Numbered from the stretch's first letter, positions 29,574-39,295 are shown. The stretch: DNA of 64,000 bases from an uncultured Poribacteria bacterium (GCA_951813565.1 OX638351.1:1280001-1344000); one strand, 5' to 3'. Numbers and translations are program-made. Notes: generated by a model not told the origin, from the sequence alone.

Positions 29574-32531
29574 ATGAAAAACGATGATGTTCAACTCATT
29601 CATCGTATTCTTGATGGTGATGATACCGCTTTCACCGAACTTGTGGAAAAATATCAAAAGTCTGTCCACGCGCTGGCTTGGCGAAAAATTGGGGATTTCC
29701 ACATCGCTGAAGAGATTACACAGGATACCTTTCTGAAAGCGTATCAGAACTTAAGCACACTCAAGAGACCGCAACGTTTCGCCAGTTGGTTATATGTGAT
29801 TGCATCACGACGCTGTCTTGCATGGCAACGTAAAAAGCGTATATTGACAAAGCCTTTGGAAGAAACAAGCAGCGCGCAGATTGAAAAAGAAACATATTCA
29901 CAATATGTTGTTAATGAAAATTCGCGGATCACCGCAGAAACACAACGCGATGTCGTTAAGAAGTTGCTTGCAAAATTACCAGAAAGTGAACGCACGATTA
30001 TCACATTACATTATTTCAGTGAGATGTCCAGTTCAGAAATTGGTGCATTTTTAGGTATATCAGCAAATACGATTAGAAGTCGTCTTCGCCGCGCACAGCA
30101 ACGTTTACAAAAGGAGGAAACAATGATTAGAGAAGCTCTCGACCATTTTCAAATTTCACCTAACTTAACCGATAACATCATGCAAGAAATCAATCGTCTT
30201 AAACCCGCTGCGCCTTCTGCAAGTAAACCTTTGGTGCCATGGGTAATTGCTGCTTCAAGTGCTATTTTGATTGTGTTGATGCTTGGTATAGGTAGTCGAT
30301 ACTTAGCGCTTTTTCAGAAACCTTATAGTTTAGATGCACAAGCTGAAACAACCGTTGAACTCGTTGATACCCATGTTGTGTTAAATGTTGACACGAAGCC
30401 AGATGTTCGGCGTGAGCTTGGGAGTTCAAATGTACTTGGTAAAAGCAATAACCGCGGAGAGAAACCGGATGAGGTATTACTGGCTGCAGCGCAGACAGAA
30501 GGAGAAGACATAGTTGCACCTAAACAGCAGTGGATTCAGGCTAAACCTATTAAGGGGAGTGGCGCGGGTAGTTTTTGGGCAACACCTGAAGGAGACCTCT
30601 ATACTGATGTTCATGGGAACTTCTTCAAATTGCCTGTTAACGAACAAGAGTGGCAACACATCTTTGGAATTTGGACATTGAATACCCGATGGAACAAGGG
30701 GGCACCTTTTGCAAAATGGAACAATTCCCTTTACATTATACCATCTAACGAACTTTTTGTTTCAAAAGATGATGGTCAGACTTGGGATTTGGTACACTCC
30801 TGGCCAAGTGAACATTCGCCGATTAAATTGATACCAACAGAGCAAGCGTTTTATGCCGCTTTTGAGAGCGGGAATATTTTCCGCTCCAAGGACGCTGGCA
30901 AGACATGGGAAGAATTAAACAATGGGATAATGGGGCATATTGGATCTTTGGTCAAAATCCAAAACACGTTGTTTGCTGGAACAGATACCGGATTCTATCG
31001 TCTCAATGCTGACAGCTGGGAACGTATAAAGTTTCCAGTACCTACAATTGGCGGAATTAAATCGGTTGCATCAACGGAAGAGAAACTTTATGTTGCGGCA
31101 GAGCTGAGTTGGGATGTGTTAAATACTACTAAAGTTGACGAAGGACAGCAGCGTGCTTGGTGGATATTTCGTTCAACGGATATCGGGGATTCGTGGCAGG
31201 ATATAACACCGACAAACGCTTGGCCTGTAAAAGGTTTTATGCCTTATATTAAACTTATTGCTGCCGGTGAAACACTCTTAGTTATGGAAAGAGGCATGGT
31301 GCGTTCTACTGATGGTGGAAATACATGGATGCCTCCACAATTAGCAGGCACATCACCTAATATGGATAGTTGGAGTTCTGCTGTGGTGGTGAACACAGAT
31401 ACTATTTATGTCAGTAGCGGGGACGGCCTTCATCGTTCCACTGATGGCGGCAAATCATGGGAAATAGTAAAAATTACTCCGGATGAGAGAGAGATTGATA
31501 ACCTAATAACGATCAAAAAAACTGATAGCGGTCAAAACATGTTTCCAACTCTCTATGGAAGTGTCGGAGAAGAGATAGTAAAAACAACCGACATGGGAAA
31601 GTCTTGGAAAACTATTCAAATAGAAATACCAATGAATGAACCCTACAGAGAAGACCCACCAAGGATTACTCATCTTTTTAAATCTGGTGGTGTTATTTAT
31701 GCTAAAGGTGGGAAAAATAACGGATTCTCCCAAGAATTGCGTTTATATCGTGTATCTACAAATAGCACTAAGTTGGTACGGATTCAAGGTATTCCTTATT
31801 TTGACACGGATACGTTGAAACGCCAATTGTCTCAAAATCTCTCTGTGGAAAAGTTGCAAGACAGTTCTGCTGGTGCAGCCCAGTTCTTCAAACAAGTGGT
31901 TACAGATCCTCAAATGCGAAATACACTTATCAGGTTAGGGTTTCATGGACCGTTTGCAGTCAGTGGTGACACGTTCTATATGGAATACAACTTTAAGCTC
32001 TTCCGATGGGAACCGGGTGATACTGAATGGTATGACACCGGACAGGAAGAAACTGTTTGGTTGTCTTGGAAAATGATAGAAAGAGAGCTCAAACTTGCTG
32101 TTTCAGGGGACACCGTCTACGTCGGAAAACGAGATGGACACCTCGTCGTATCGTTTGATCGGGGAACTAATTGGATTGATCTTACGCCAGCGCTGCCGTT
32201 TCCATTTAAAACTTTCAAAGAGATCGTATTTGCGGGTTCTACTGTATATGTAGCAACGGACGCAGGTATTCTTACATCAGATGATGGAAGGCATTGGCGT
32301 ACCGTCACTGATGCTGAGGGGACAAATCTCATCATGGAACACTTGGCTGTTGATGAAAATACGCTTTATGGTGTTACCAAAGACACAGGTATCTATCGCT
32401 TGGAAAGCGGCACTTGGGAACAGGTTGTTTCAGAAATTCCTGATAGCGTAACGTCTCTTGCTGTTGATGGAGACACGTTATACGTAGGCACAGAAGACAA
32501 CGGTATGCTTCATTTTAATCTTGAAAAATAA
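29574..32531 (+). CDS. ECF sigma factor-TM-BNR/Asp-box propeller fusion (paralog 4)
   Basis: Sigma2/sigma4, TM, SxDxGxTW repeats; C-terminal domain homologous to paralog 1. Confidence 0.92.
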   Translation: MKNDDVQLIHRILDGDDTAFTELVEKYQKSVHALAWRKIGDFHIAEEITQDTFLKAYQNLSTLKRPQRFASWLYVIASRRCLAWQRKKRILTKPLEETSSAQIEKETYSQYVVNENSRITAETQRDVVKKLLAKLPESERTIITLHYFSEMSSSEIGAFLGISANTIRSRLRRAQQRLQKEETMIREALDHFQISPNLTDNIMQEINRLKPAAPSASKPLVPWVIAASSAILIVLMLGIGSRYLALFQKPYSLDAQAETTVELVDTHVVLNVDTKPDVRRELGSSNVLGKSNNRGEKPDEVLLAAAQTEGEDIVAPKQQWIQAKPIKGSGAGSFWATPEGDLYTDVHGNFFKLPVNEQEWQHIFGIWTLNTRWNKGAPFAKWNNSLYIIPSNELFVSKDDGQTWDLVHSWPSEHSPIKLIPTEQAFYAAFESGNIFRSKDAGKTWEELNNGIMGHIGSLVKIQNTLFAGTDTGFYRLNADSWERIKFPVPTIGGIKSVASTEEKLYVAAELSWDVLNTTKVDEGQQRAWWIFRSTDIGDSWQDITPTNAWPVKGFMPYIKLIAAGETLLVMERGMVRSTDGGNTWMPPQLAGTSPNMDSWSSAVVVNTDTIYVSSGDGLHRSTDGGKSWEIVKITPDEREIDNLITIKKTDSGQNMFPTLYGSVGEEIVKTTDMGKSWKTIQIEIPMNEPYREDPPRITHLFKSGGVIYAKGGKNNGFSQELRLYRVSTNSTKLVRIQGIPYFDTDTLKRQLSQNLSVEKLQDSSAGAAQFFKQVVTDPQMRNTLIRLGFHGPFAVSGDTFYMEYNFKLFRWEPGDTEWYDTGQEETVWLSWKMIERELKLAVSGDTVYVGKRDGHLVVSFDRGTNWIDLTPALPFPFKTFKEIVFAGSTVYVATDAGILTSDDGRHWRTVTDAEGTNLIMEHLAVDENTLYGVTKDTGIYRLESGTWEQVVSEIPDSVTSLAVDGDTLYVGTEDNGMLHFNLEK

Positions 32532-33028
32532 TCAATACCTTCGCCAATTATCCAGGGTTTAGTTCAGGTTATGTGTGATGAATAGCACCGATAGAAGTTA
32601 TCTTTTTAGAGATTTGCTGAATAACAATCGGTTCAGGTTTTGCGGAAGTATTTTTAATGTTTCCTGTAATATTTCAATCCTCGGTATCGTGCCTTTAGGT
32701 CTAAACACTAAACTCAGCGTGTTCGCAACGCAATGGTGCTGCAAGTTTCGAACTTACATTCACCATAAAAATGGATAAGTTTGCTGCAGTGTTGACAGGT
32801 GTTTTGTTGACATTCATAAAATCTTCTAATCCGCAATACTGTTTCGCATCACGAAAGTTGAACTCAAGTTGGAAACGGAGTGCGTAATAATCTATCATTT
32901 TATCAGCGTCTAATGTCAAGTCAGAACTGAATAATAAGATGTGCGATTGCTGTTTCGTCTTCAGATGTGTCTTGCGTATGCAAACCACATTGAGTAGGTC
33001 CGCGAACTTTTTTTGGCGAAGGTATTGA
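32532..33028 (-). mobile_element. Internally deleted IS (IS4/IS701-like), non-autonomous, 497 bp
   Basis: Perfect 16-bp inverted ends TCAATACCTTCGCCAA; contains a transposase C-terminus with YALRFQLEFNFRDAKQ (Y-R-E-K motif). Confidence 0.85.
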
Positions 33029-33161
33029 CGTTATTGTTAAGTTTTTTAAATGGCTCAATGTAAAATTTAGGTGAAATTATTTTTTTAATGTGGTAATATA
33101 TTCTACAACATAATTGTGCATCCTTTCAGTGCACAAATAACATTAAAACTTGGAGGCACAT

Positions 33162-33362
33162 ATGTTTGGTCATTGGGAGATAATAGCTATAGTCTTAGTT
33201 GCTTTACTTTTATTCGGTGGCAAGCGTATCCCCGAATTAGCACGCGGACTTGGTAAAAGTGTTACAAATTTTAAGGCTGGACTCAAAGAAGATCAGGTGG
33301 ATGAAACCGAAACGACTGCACAACAGGAAAAAGAAACACCACAGAAAGAAGAAGTTAGCTAA
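33162..33362 (+). CDS. tatA: Twin-arginine translocase TatA/E subunit
   Basis: WEIIAIVLVALLLFGGKRIPELARGLGKSVTNFK; GGAGG RBS. Confidence 0.92.
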   Translation: MFGHWEIIAIVLVALLLFGGKRIPELARGLGKSVTNFKAGLKEDQVDETETTAQQEKETPQKEEVS

Positions 33363-33376
33363 ATTTTTTACCAACA

Positions 33377-33706
33377 ATGAAAGATAAATTACCTGACTTT
33401 TTGCAGGGCGTCATAGATGAGTACCCTGAAGTTTGGAAAGCGTATCAGGCATTAGGTGAAACGTGCGGCACCGCCGGACCGATTGAACCTAAAACCGTCC
33501 GGCTTGTTAAGCTTGCGTTGGCTATCGGTGCGAAGTCTGAAGGTGCAGTACATTCGCATACGCGCCGCGCACTCCGCGAAGGCATCACACGGGAGGAGAT
33601 CCAACAGGTAGCGCTACTTGCGGTCACTTCTATCGGTTGGTCCTCAAGTATGGCAGCCTTATCTTGGATTCAAGATGTCTTGGATAAACAGACACAATCA
33701 GATTGA
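33377..33706 (+). CDS. Carboxymuconolactone decarboxylase/AhpD-like protein
   Basis: LVKLALAIGAKSEGAVHSHTRRALREGITREEI. Confidence 0.85.
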   Translation: MKDKLPDFLQGVIDEYPEVWKAYQALGETCGTAGPIEPKTVRLVKLALAIGAKSEGAVHSHTRRALREGITREEIQQVALLAVTSIGWSSSMAALSWIQDVLDKQTQSD

Positions 33707-33716
33707 GAGTATTAGC

Positions 33717-34979
33717 ATGGAAGCAGTTTATAAACAACGAAATTCCATGTTTGCCTACGGAGTTTTAATCCTCACTACTGTTTTGTTGCTCATTCCGTCT
33801 GTTAGTAAAACTGAAACATCAGTATCGGAAATGCAACAAGGTGTGGAATACGTCAAACTCCGACTCTACCCACAGGCAGTTGATGCCTTCAATTCAATCT
33901 TATCACGAAATCCAACAGAAATAAGTGCGCTTTTTCAATTGGCGAATGTCTATAAGTTACAAGATGAGTTGGAATTAGCAATAAAGACGTTCGACCAGAT
34001 TATTATAATTGCTGACTCGCAAAATATACCTATAAATGATCGGGTATACGGGGTTACCCATCTTGCGCTCTCGGAAATATACTGCAAACAGAGTAAATTA
34101 GATATTGCTGAGCAGCAAGCAATGGAAGCAGTTCAAAGATGTCCTACAGATGCAGATATGTATTACCGACTCGGTTATATCTACACACATCAAGCGAAAT
34201 TTGACAAGGCACTGACAGCCTTTAAGCGGACACTCGAACTTAAACCTGATTTTGCTGAAGTCTATGAATGGCTCGGTTTGATTGCTCTTATGCAGCACAA
34301 ACCGCAGGAAGCGGTAAAACACTATAAGATAGCAATTCAGAAGAAGCCTTATGTTCAGAGCGCCTACTATAACCTTGCTAAGGCCTACCGACTCGTTGGC
34401 GATATGGAATCAGCAGCGGAACAACTAAAACTCTTCCAGCAGATGAAAACCTACTACGACAAGACTTATGCAATTGAAGGCACTTTGGCAGAAGACCCAT
34501 CAAACGCGGCACTTCGACTGAAATTAGCGGAAATTCATGTCGCGCACAAGCATATATCAGCAGCAGTCGCTACTTACCAAGCACTAATTCGGTTGAATCC
34601 AGAATTTATAGCAGGATATGACAAGTTGGGACGGTTGTATATGAATCTTAACATGTCACAGCGAGCGATACCGCTTTTCCATAAGGTACTTGAATTGAAT
34701 CCTAATGCTGTTGAAGCACATGTTCGATTGGGATGGCTTTATACTGTCCAAAAAGCATTTGGCAAGGCAGAAGCACATCTACAAAAGGCTATAGAAAAAA
34801 TGCCGAAACTTACGCTGGCATATCACGGATTGGCTGAGGTTTATATACAACAAGGACACATCGAAAAAGCAATTAACATTTACCAACACATTACACAAAT
34901 TGAACCTGATGATAAGGACGCTTGGTCGGCATTGAACAAATTAGAACGTCTGAAAAAGGAGGGACAAACGAAGCGGTAA
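33717..34979 (+). CDS. Exported tetratricopeptide repeat protein
   Basis: Signal-like segment then multiple TPR motifs; start uncertain. Confidence 0.85.
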   Translation: MEAVYKQRNSMFAYGVLILTTVLLLIPSVSKTETSVSEMQQGVEYVKLRLYPQAVDAFNSILSRNPTEISALFQLANVYKLQDELELAIKTFDQIIIIADSQNIPINDRVYGVTHLALSEIYCKQSKLDIAEQQAMEAVQRCPTDADMYYRLGYIYTHQAKFDKALTAFKRTLELKPDFAEVYEWLGLIALMQHKPQEAVKHYKIAIQKKPYVQSAYYNLAKAYRLVGDMESAAEQLKLFQQMKTYYDKTYAIEGTLAEDPSNAALRLKLAEIHVAHKHISAAVATYQALIRLNPEFIAGYDKLGRLYMNLNMSQRAIPLFHKVLELNPNAVEAHVRLGWLYTVQKAFGKAEAHLQKAIEKMPKLTLAYHGLAEVYIQQGHIEKAINIYQHITQIEPDDKDAWSALNKLERLKKEGQTKR

Positions 34980-35005
34980 ATTTCTATAAGTTATCAGTTA
35001 TTTTT

Positions 35006-36706
35006 ATGTTAAAGATTAACTATTTTCGCACTCCGTATTTCTATCTCCTATTCGTATCAGCACTCATCACGAATCTCGTATGTTCTCAATACTGCGTACC
35101 CGCTTCAGCAGAATCTATTTTTGTTGACGTTACCGAGTTTGCGGGCATCACGTTTGAGCATACCGATGGTAGAAGCGGTAAAAGGCTTTTCAATGAATTT
35201 CTCGGTTCCGGCGGCGGTTTTTTTGATTATGATGGTGATGGGGACCTTGACATCTATCTCGTCAACGGTGCGATTCAAACAGAGAATACACAAGGTAAAG
35301 CACCACATAACAAACTCTACCGCAACAACGGTGATGGAACATTTACAGACGTTACAAAAAAAGCAGGTGTGGGCAGTAGGGCTTACGGTACAGGTGCTAC
35401 CGTTGGTGACTATGATAATGATGGGGACCTTGATCTTTACGTTACCAACTTTGGCAAAGATCAACTTTATCAAAATAACGGTGATGGAACATTTACAGAC
35501 GTTACAAAACAAGCTCAGGTTGGTAACCTAAACTGGGGAACGAGTAGTGCTTTTGCCGATTTTGATAATGACGGATACTTAGACCTTTATGTAGCGAACT
35601 ACGCCGCATATAATCCGAAGGATGATAAACAGTGTAAGGAACGTGGTGTCCATGTTTATTGTGGCCCTCATGCCTATCCTGCAGTTCACGATACTTTTTA
35701 CAAAAACAGTGGCGATGGCACTTTTACTGATGTTTCTACCGCATATCGCCCCTCTGACCTGATTCCTCAGCACGGATTAGGTGTGGCATTCGGTGATTAC
35801 GACGGTGACGGAGACGCTGATTTATATGTGGCGAACGATCAAGACCCAAACTTTTTATTTCAAAACGATGGAAAAGGACATTTTTTAGAACTTGCATTAA
35901 TTTCTGGCGTTTGCTACAATGATATGGGTAAAGAAGAAGCTGGAATGGGAACCGATTTCGGTGACTATGATAACGATGGAAAACTTGACCTGACTGTCAG
36001 CAACTATCAGACAGAGACAAATACCCTTTATCATAACCACGATAGCAATTTTTTTATTGATAGTACTATCGCGTCAGGAATAGCCGAAGTAACACACGGT
36101 TACCTTGGATGGGGTATAAAGTTTTTTGATTATGATAACGACGGGTACCAAGACATCTTTGTAGCGAATGGGCACTTGATGGATAACATCTCTGTGCTTG
36201 AAAAGCACGTGACCTATCCACAAAGGAATTTGTTGTTTAGGAATTTGGGTGATGGTACGTTCGCCAATGTCATGCCACAGACAGATGGTTTAGCCTTGAA
36301 AAAGGTCAGTCGTGGTGCCGCTATTGGCGATTACGACAATGATGGTGACCTTGATATTCTTGTTACCAACTGCAATCAACGTCCAGACTTACTTCAAAAT
36401 GTGGTTGGCAATAGGAACAATTGGATACAAATTCAGGTTGTCGGGCAGAAAAGTAACCGTTCTGGGATTGGCGCAAAAATAAAGGTAATAACCGGAACAC
36501 ACGTTCAGTATCGCGAGGTGCAGAGCGGTGGGAGTTATCTTTCTTTCCACGATCTGCGTGTGCATTTTGGCGTTGGAAAAGCGGAACAGATTGATACGCT
36601 TGAGGTGCAATGGCCTACTGGTCAAATTGACAAAGGCACACTTCTTTCTGTTAACCAGAGATATTTAGTTGTTGAAGGAGAAAAAATCGTTCCAATCGTT
36701 GACTGA
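35006..36706 (+). CDS. CRTAC1/ASPIC-UnbV family FG-GAP repeat protein
   Basis: DYDNDGDLDLYV repeats, NNGDGTFTDVT, C-terminal SNRSGIGA..GGSYLS..HFG..WP. Confidence 0.9.
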   Translation: MLKINYFRTPYFYLLFVSALITNLVCSQYCVPASAESIFVDVTEFAGITFEHTDGRSGKRLFNEFLGSGGGFFDYDGDGDLDIYLVNGAIQTENTQGKAPHNKLYRNNGDGTFTDVTKKAGVGSRAYGTGATVGDYDNDGDLDLYVTNFGKDQLYQNNGDGTFTDVTKQAQVGNLNWGTSSAFADFDNDGYLDLYVANYAAYNPKDDKQCKERGVHVYCGPHAYPAVHDTFYKNSGDGTFTDVSTAYRPSDLIPQHGLGVAFGDYDGDGDADLYVANDQDPNFLFQNDGKGHFLELALISGVCYNDMGKEEAGMGTDFGDYDNDGKLDLTVSNYQTETNTLYHNHDSNFFIDSTIASGIAEVTHGYLGWGIKFFDYDNDGYQDIFVANGHLMDNISVLEKHVTYPQRNLLFRNLGDGTFANVMPQTDGLALKKVSRGAAIGDYDNDGDLDILVTNCNQRPDLLQNVVGNRNNWIQIQVVGQKSNRSGIGAKIKVITGTHVQYREVQSGGSYLSFHDLRVHFGVGKAEQIDTLEVQWPTGQIDKGTLLSVNQRYLVVEGEKIVPIVD

Positions 36707-36734
36707 TTTTAATTTTCTATAGGCACTGTTATTC

Positions 36735-37526
36735 ATGAAAATAAAACCTTTATTTGTAATACTCATCTCTATAGTATTTGTAGTATCTTTCGCACATGCA
36801 GCAAATGAACCGGAGGATTCGCTCATCCTTTACATGTCTTTTGATACGATTGATGGCAAAGGCACAATTGACCATTCAAAGTATGAGAACCATGGCGAAA
36901 TGATGGGTAATCCTAAACATGTTGCGGGCAAATTCGGAAAAGCTCTTAAGTTTGACGGCGTATCCGAATTTGTTGAAATCCCACACCATGAATCACTTAC
37001 CGTGGATCAGGATGTCACAGTCATGGCTTGGATTAATACCGAGAGACATACAGGACCTGATGACGCGCAATGGCAAGGTATCTTGGCAAAAGGGAACAAC
37101 CCACGTTCCTATAGTCTCTGGACTGAGAAAAATAGTAAATGTTTGCACTTCAGTGTAGGCCCACCACAAGGTGGTGGTAGTGTTTGCAAGGGTGAAGTCA
37201 AGTTAAACGAATGGCAACATGTTGTGGCACAAGTGAATAATGGAACCCACCGTTATTGGATTAACGGTCAGAAAGTTGGAGAAATCGTAAACAAACCGAA
37301 CCCTCCCGGTTTAGAAGATATATCACCTGTTGTTATCGGAACTGCGGGAGGAGGAAATATTAGATATTTCCTCGGTATGATTGACGAAGTTCGTATCTGG
37401 AACCGTGCCCTTTCTGAAGAAGAGATTAATAAACAGATGGAAAAAGGGCATTTTGAGATTTTCGCTGTTGACCCGAAACTAAAATTAGCTACCATTTGGG
37501 GCAATTTGAAGGCACAACAGCGATAA
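36735..37526 (+). CDS. Secreted LamG-like (concanavalin fold) protein 1
   Basis: Signal peptide; GKFGKALKFDG, TVMAWI, WQHVV, GMIDEVRIWNRALS; tail AVDPKLKLATIWGNLK. Confidence 0.9.
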   Translation: MKIKPLFVILISIVFVVSFAHAANEPEDSLILYMSFDTIDGKGTIDHSKYENHGEMMGNPKHVAGKFGKALKFDGVSEFVEIPHHESLTVDQDVTVMAWINTERHTGPDDAQWQGILAKGNNPRSYSLWTEKNSKCLHFSVGPPQGGGSVCKGEVKLNEWQHVVAQVNNGTHRYWINGQKVGEIVNKPNPPGLEDISPVVIGTAGGGNIRYFLGMIDEVRIWNRALSEEEINKQMEKGHFEIFAVDPKLKLATIWGNLKAQQR

Positions 37527-37623
37527 AATGGACGGTCATTTTGATTCGTCCGCGAAGGGTTTCTGCTGTATATCCAAGAAAGACTTGCGGAGACTCTCTA
37601 ATTTATATAAATAAGGAGGAAAA

Positions 37624-38400
37624 ATGAAAACTCTATTTGTAATGTTAACAATTATAACGTTTGTGGCTTCTTTTGCCCACGCGTTGAGTGAACCAGAGGA
37701 ATCGCTTATCCTTTACATGTCTTTTGATACGATTGATGGTAAAAACACAATTGATCATTCAAAGTATGAAAACCATGGTGAAATGATGGGTAATCCAAAA
37801 CATGTTGAGGGTAAATTCGGTAAAGCGCTCGAACTGAACGGTTCAAGTGACTGGGTTGTTGTGCCACATGATGATATTCTCACCGTTGATGAGGATTTTA
37901 CCGTTATGGCTTGGATTAATACTGAGAGACATATGGGACCTAATGCCCAACGTTGGCAAGGAATTGTTGCAAAGGGCAATGCCCCTCGTTCTTATAGTTT
38001 CTATACTGAATCCCCGAGTGAATGTATGCACCTCAGTGTTAACGGTGGCGGAAGCGTTTGTCAAGAAGGGAAAGTCGCGTTAAATGAGTGGCAGCATGTT
38101 GTTGCGCAGTCGGATAATGGAACACACCGGTATTGGATTAACGGCAAAAACGTTGGTGAATACGGAGGAAAACCGAAGCCTCCCGGCAAAGCTGATACCG
38201 CAAATGTCCTTATCGGGAGAACACATGAAGGAAATCGCGAGCTCCTCGGTCTGATTGACGAGGTCCGCATCTGGAACCGTGCGCTTACAGAAGAAGAAGT
38301 TATTGAACAGATGGAGAAAGGACATTTTGAGCTTTTTCCTGTTGATCCACGTCAAAAATTGACAACGACGTGGGGAACTATTAAAACTCAAAAACGATAA
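37624..38400 (+). CDS. Secreted LamG-like protein 2
   Basis: Paralog; tail PVDPRQKLTTTWGTIK. Confidence 0.9.
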   Translation: MKTLFVMLTIITFVASFAHALSEPEESLILYMSFDTIDGKNTIDHSKYENHGEMMGNPKHVEGKFGKALELNGSSDWVVVPHDDILTVDEDFTVMAWINTERHMGPNAQRWQGIVAKGNAPRSYSFYTESPSECMHLSVNGGGSVCQEGKVALNEWQHVVAQSDNGTHRYWINGKNVGEYGGKPKPPGKADTANVLIGRTHEGNRELLGLIDEVRIWNRALTEEEVIEQMEKGHFELFPVDPRQKLTTTWGTIKTQKR

Positions 38401-38494
38401 ATTCAATTAATAGTGATACGGTTTGTTCCTGTCACTGTAATCTTAATGATATGACTTCGGGATTTCCGAAGTAAAATTTGGAGGAAAATAATTA

Positions 38495-39265
38495 ATGAGA
38501 AGTTTCTTTGTTGTATTAATTCTTACCGTGTTTGTTGCATTTTACGCTAACGCCGCAGATGAATCAGATGATTCACTTATCCTCTATTTCTCTTTTGATG
38601 AGCTTGATGGGGACATGACAATTGACCATTCAAAATATGCTAATAATGGTTCTATAACGGGTGCCCCTCAATTGGTAGATGGTAAGTTCGGAAAGGCGCT
38701 TAAATTTAATGGCACAAGTGATTGGATTGAAGTACCACACGACCCGATTCTTACCGTTGAAACGAGTGTAACCGTAATGGCATGGATTAATGCAGAAAGA
38801 CACATGGGACCGAATGAACAGCGTTGGCAAGGTATCCTTTCAAAGGGTAATAGTCCGCGTTCTTACAGTTTCTACACAGAATCACCGAGTGAATGCTTAC
38901 ATTTGAGTGCTGGCAATAGCGGAAGCGTTTGCGAAGGAAAGATTGCACTCAATGAGTGGCAGCATGTTGTTGGGCAGGTAGATGATGGCACACACCGTTA
39001 TTGGCTAAACGGCGAAATGGTCGGTGAATTTGGTGATAAAAATGCTCTGCCTGGCGCTGCTGATACTTCAAGTGTTTTCGTTGGAAGAACACCGGAAGGG
39101 AACCGCGAGTTCCTCGGTCTGATTGATGAGGTGCGTATCTGGAATCGCGCTCTCAGTGAAGAAGAAGTTATCGCTGAGATGGAATCCGGATATCAATCGA
39201 GTACTGCTGTTGATCCACGTGCAAAATTAACTACAACGTGGGGGACCATAAAATCCCATAAATAA
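38495..39265 (+). CDS. Secreted LamG-like protein 3
   Basis: Paralog; tail AVDPRAKLTTTWGTIK. Confidence 0.9.
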   Translation: MRSFFVVLILTVFVAFYANAADESDDSLILYFSFDELDGDMTIDHSKYANNGSITGAPQLVDGKFGKALKFNGTSDWIEVPHDPILTVETSVTVMAWINAERHMGPNEQRWQGILSKGNSPRSYSFYTESPSECLHLSAGNSGSVCEGKIALNEWQHVVGQVDDGTHRYWLNGEMVGEFGDKNALPGAADTSSVFVGRTPEGNREFLGLIDEVRIWNRALSEEEVIAEMESGYQSSTAVDPRAKLTTTWGTIKSHK

Positions 39266-39295
39266 AGGATTGACAGTCATTATTCAAGTATTTCT

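Noticed and set aside
22756..32531. Diversity-generating retroelement acting on the sensor domains
   Set aside because: No reverse transcriptase and no template/variable repeat pair with adenine-specific mismatches; shared blocks are near-identical and lie in linkers
32575..32778. Plus-strand 67-aa ORF
   Set aside because: Antisense to the transposase remnant
35327..35509. Identical ~33-nt direct repeats in the FG-GAP gene
   Set aside because: Explained by internal protein repeats (NGDGTFTDVTK)
33162..39265. tatA as dedicated exporter of the downstream TPR/FG-GAP/LamG proteins
   Set aside because: Their signal peptides lack a twin-arginine motif; adjacency alone is not evidence
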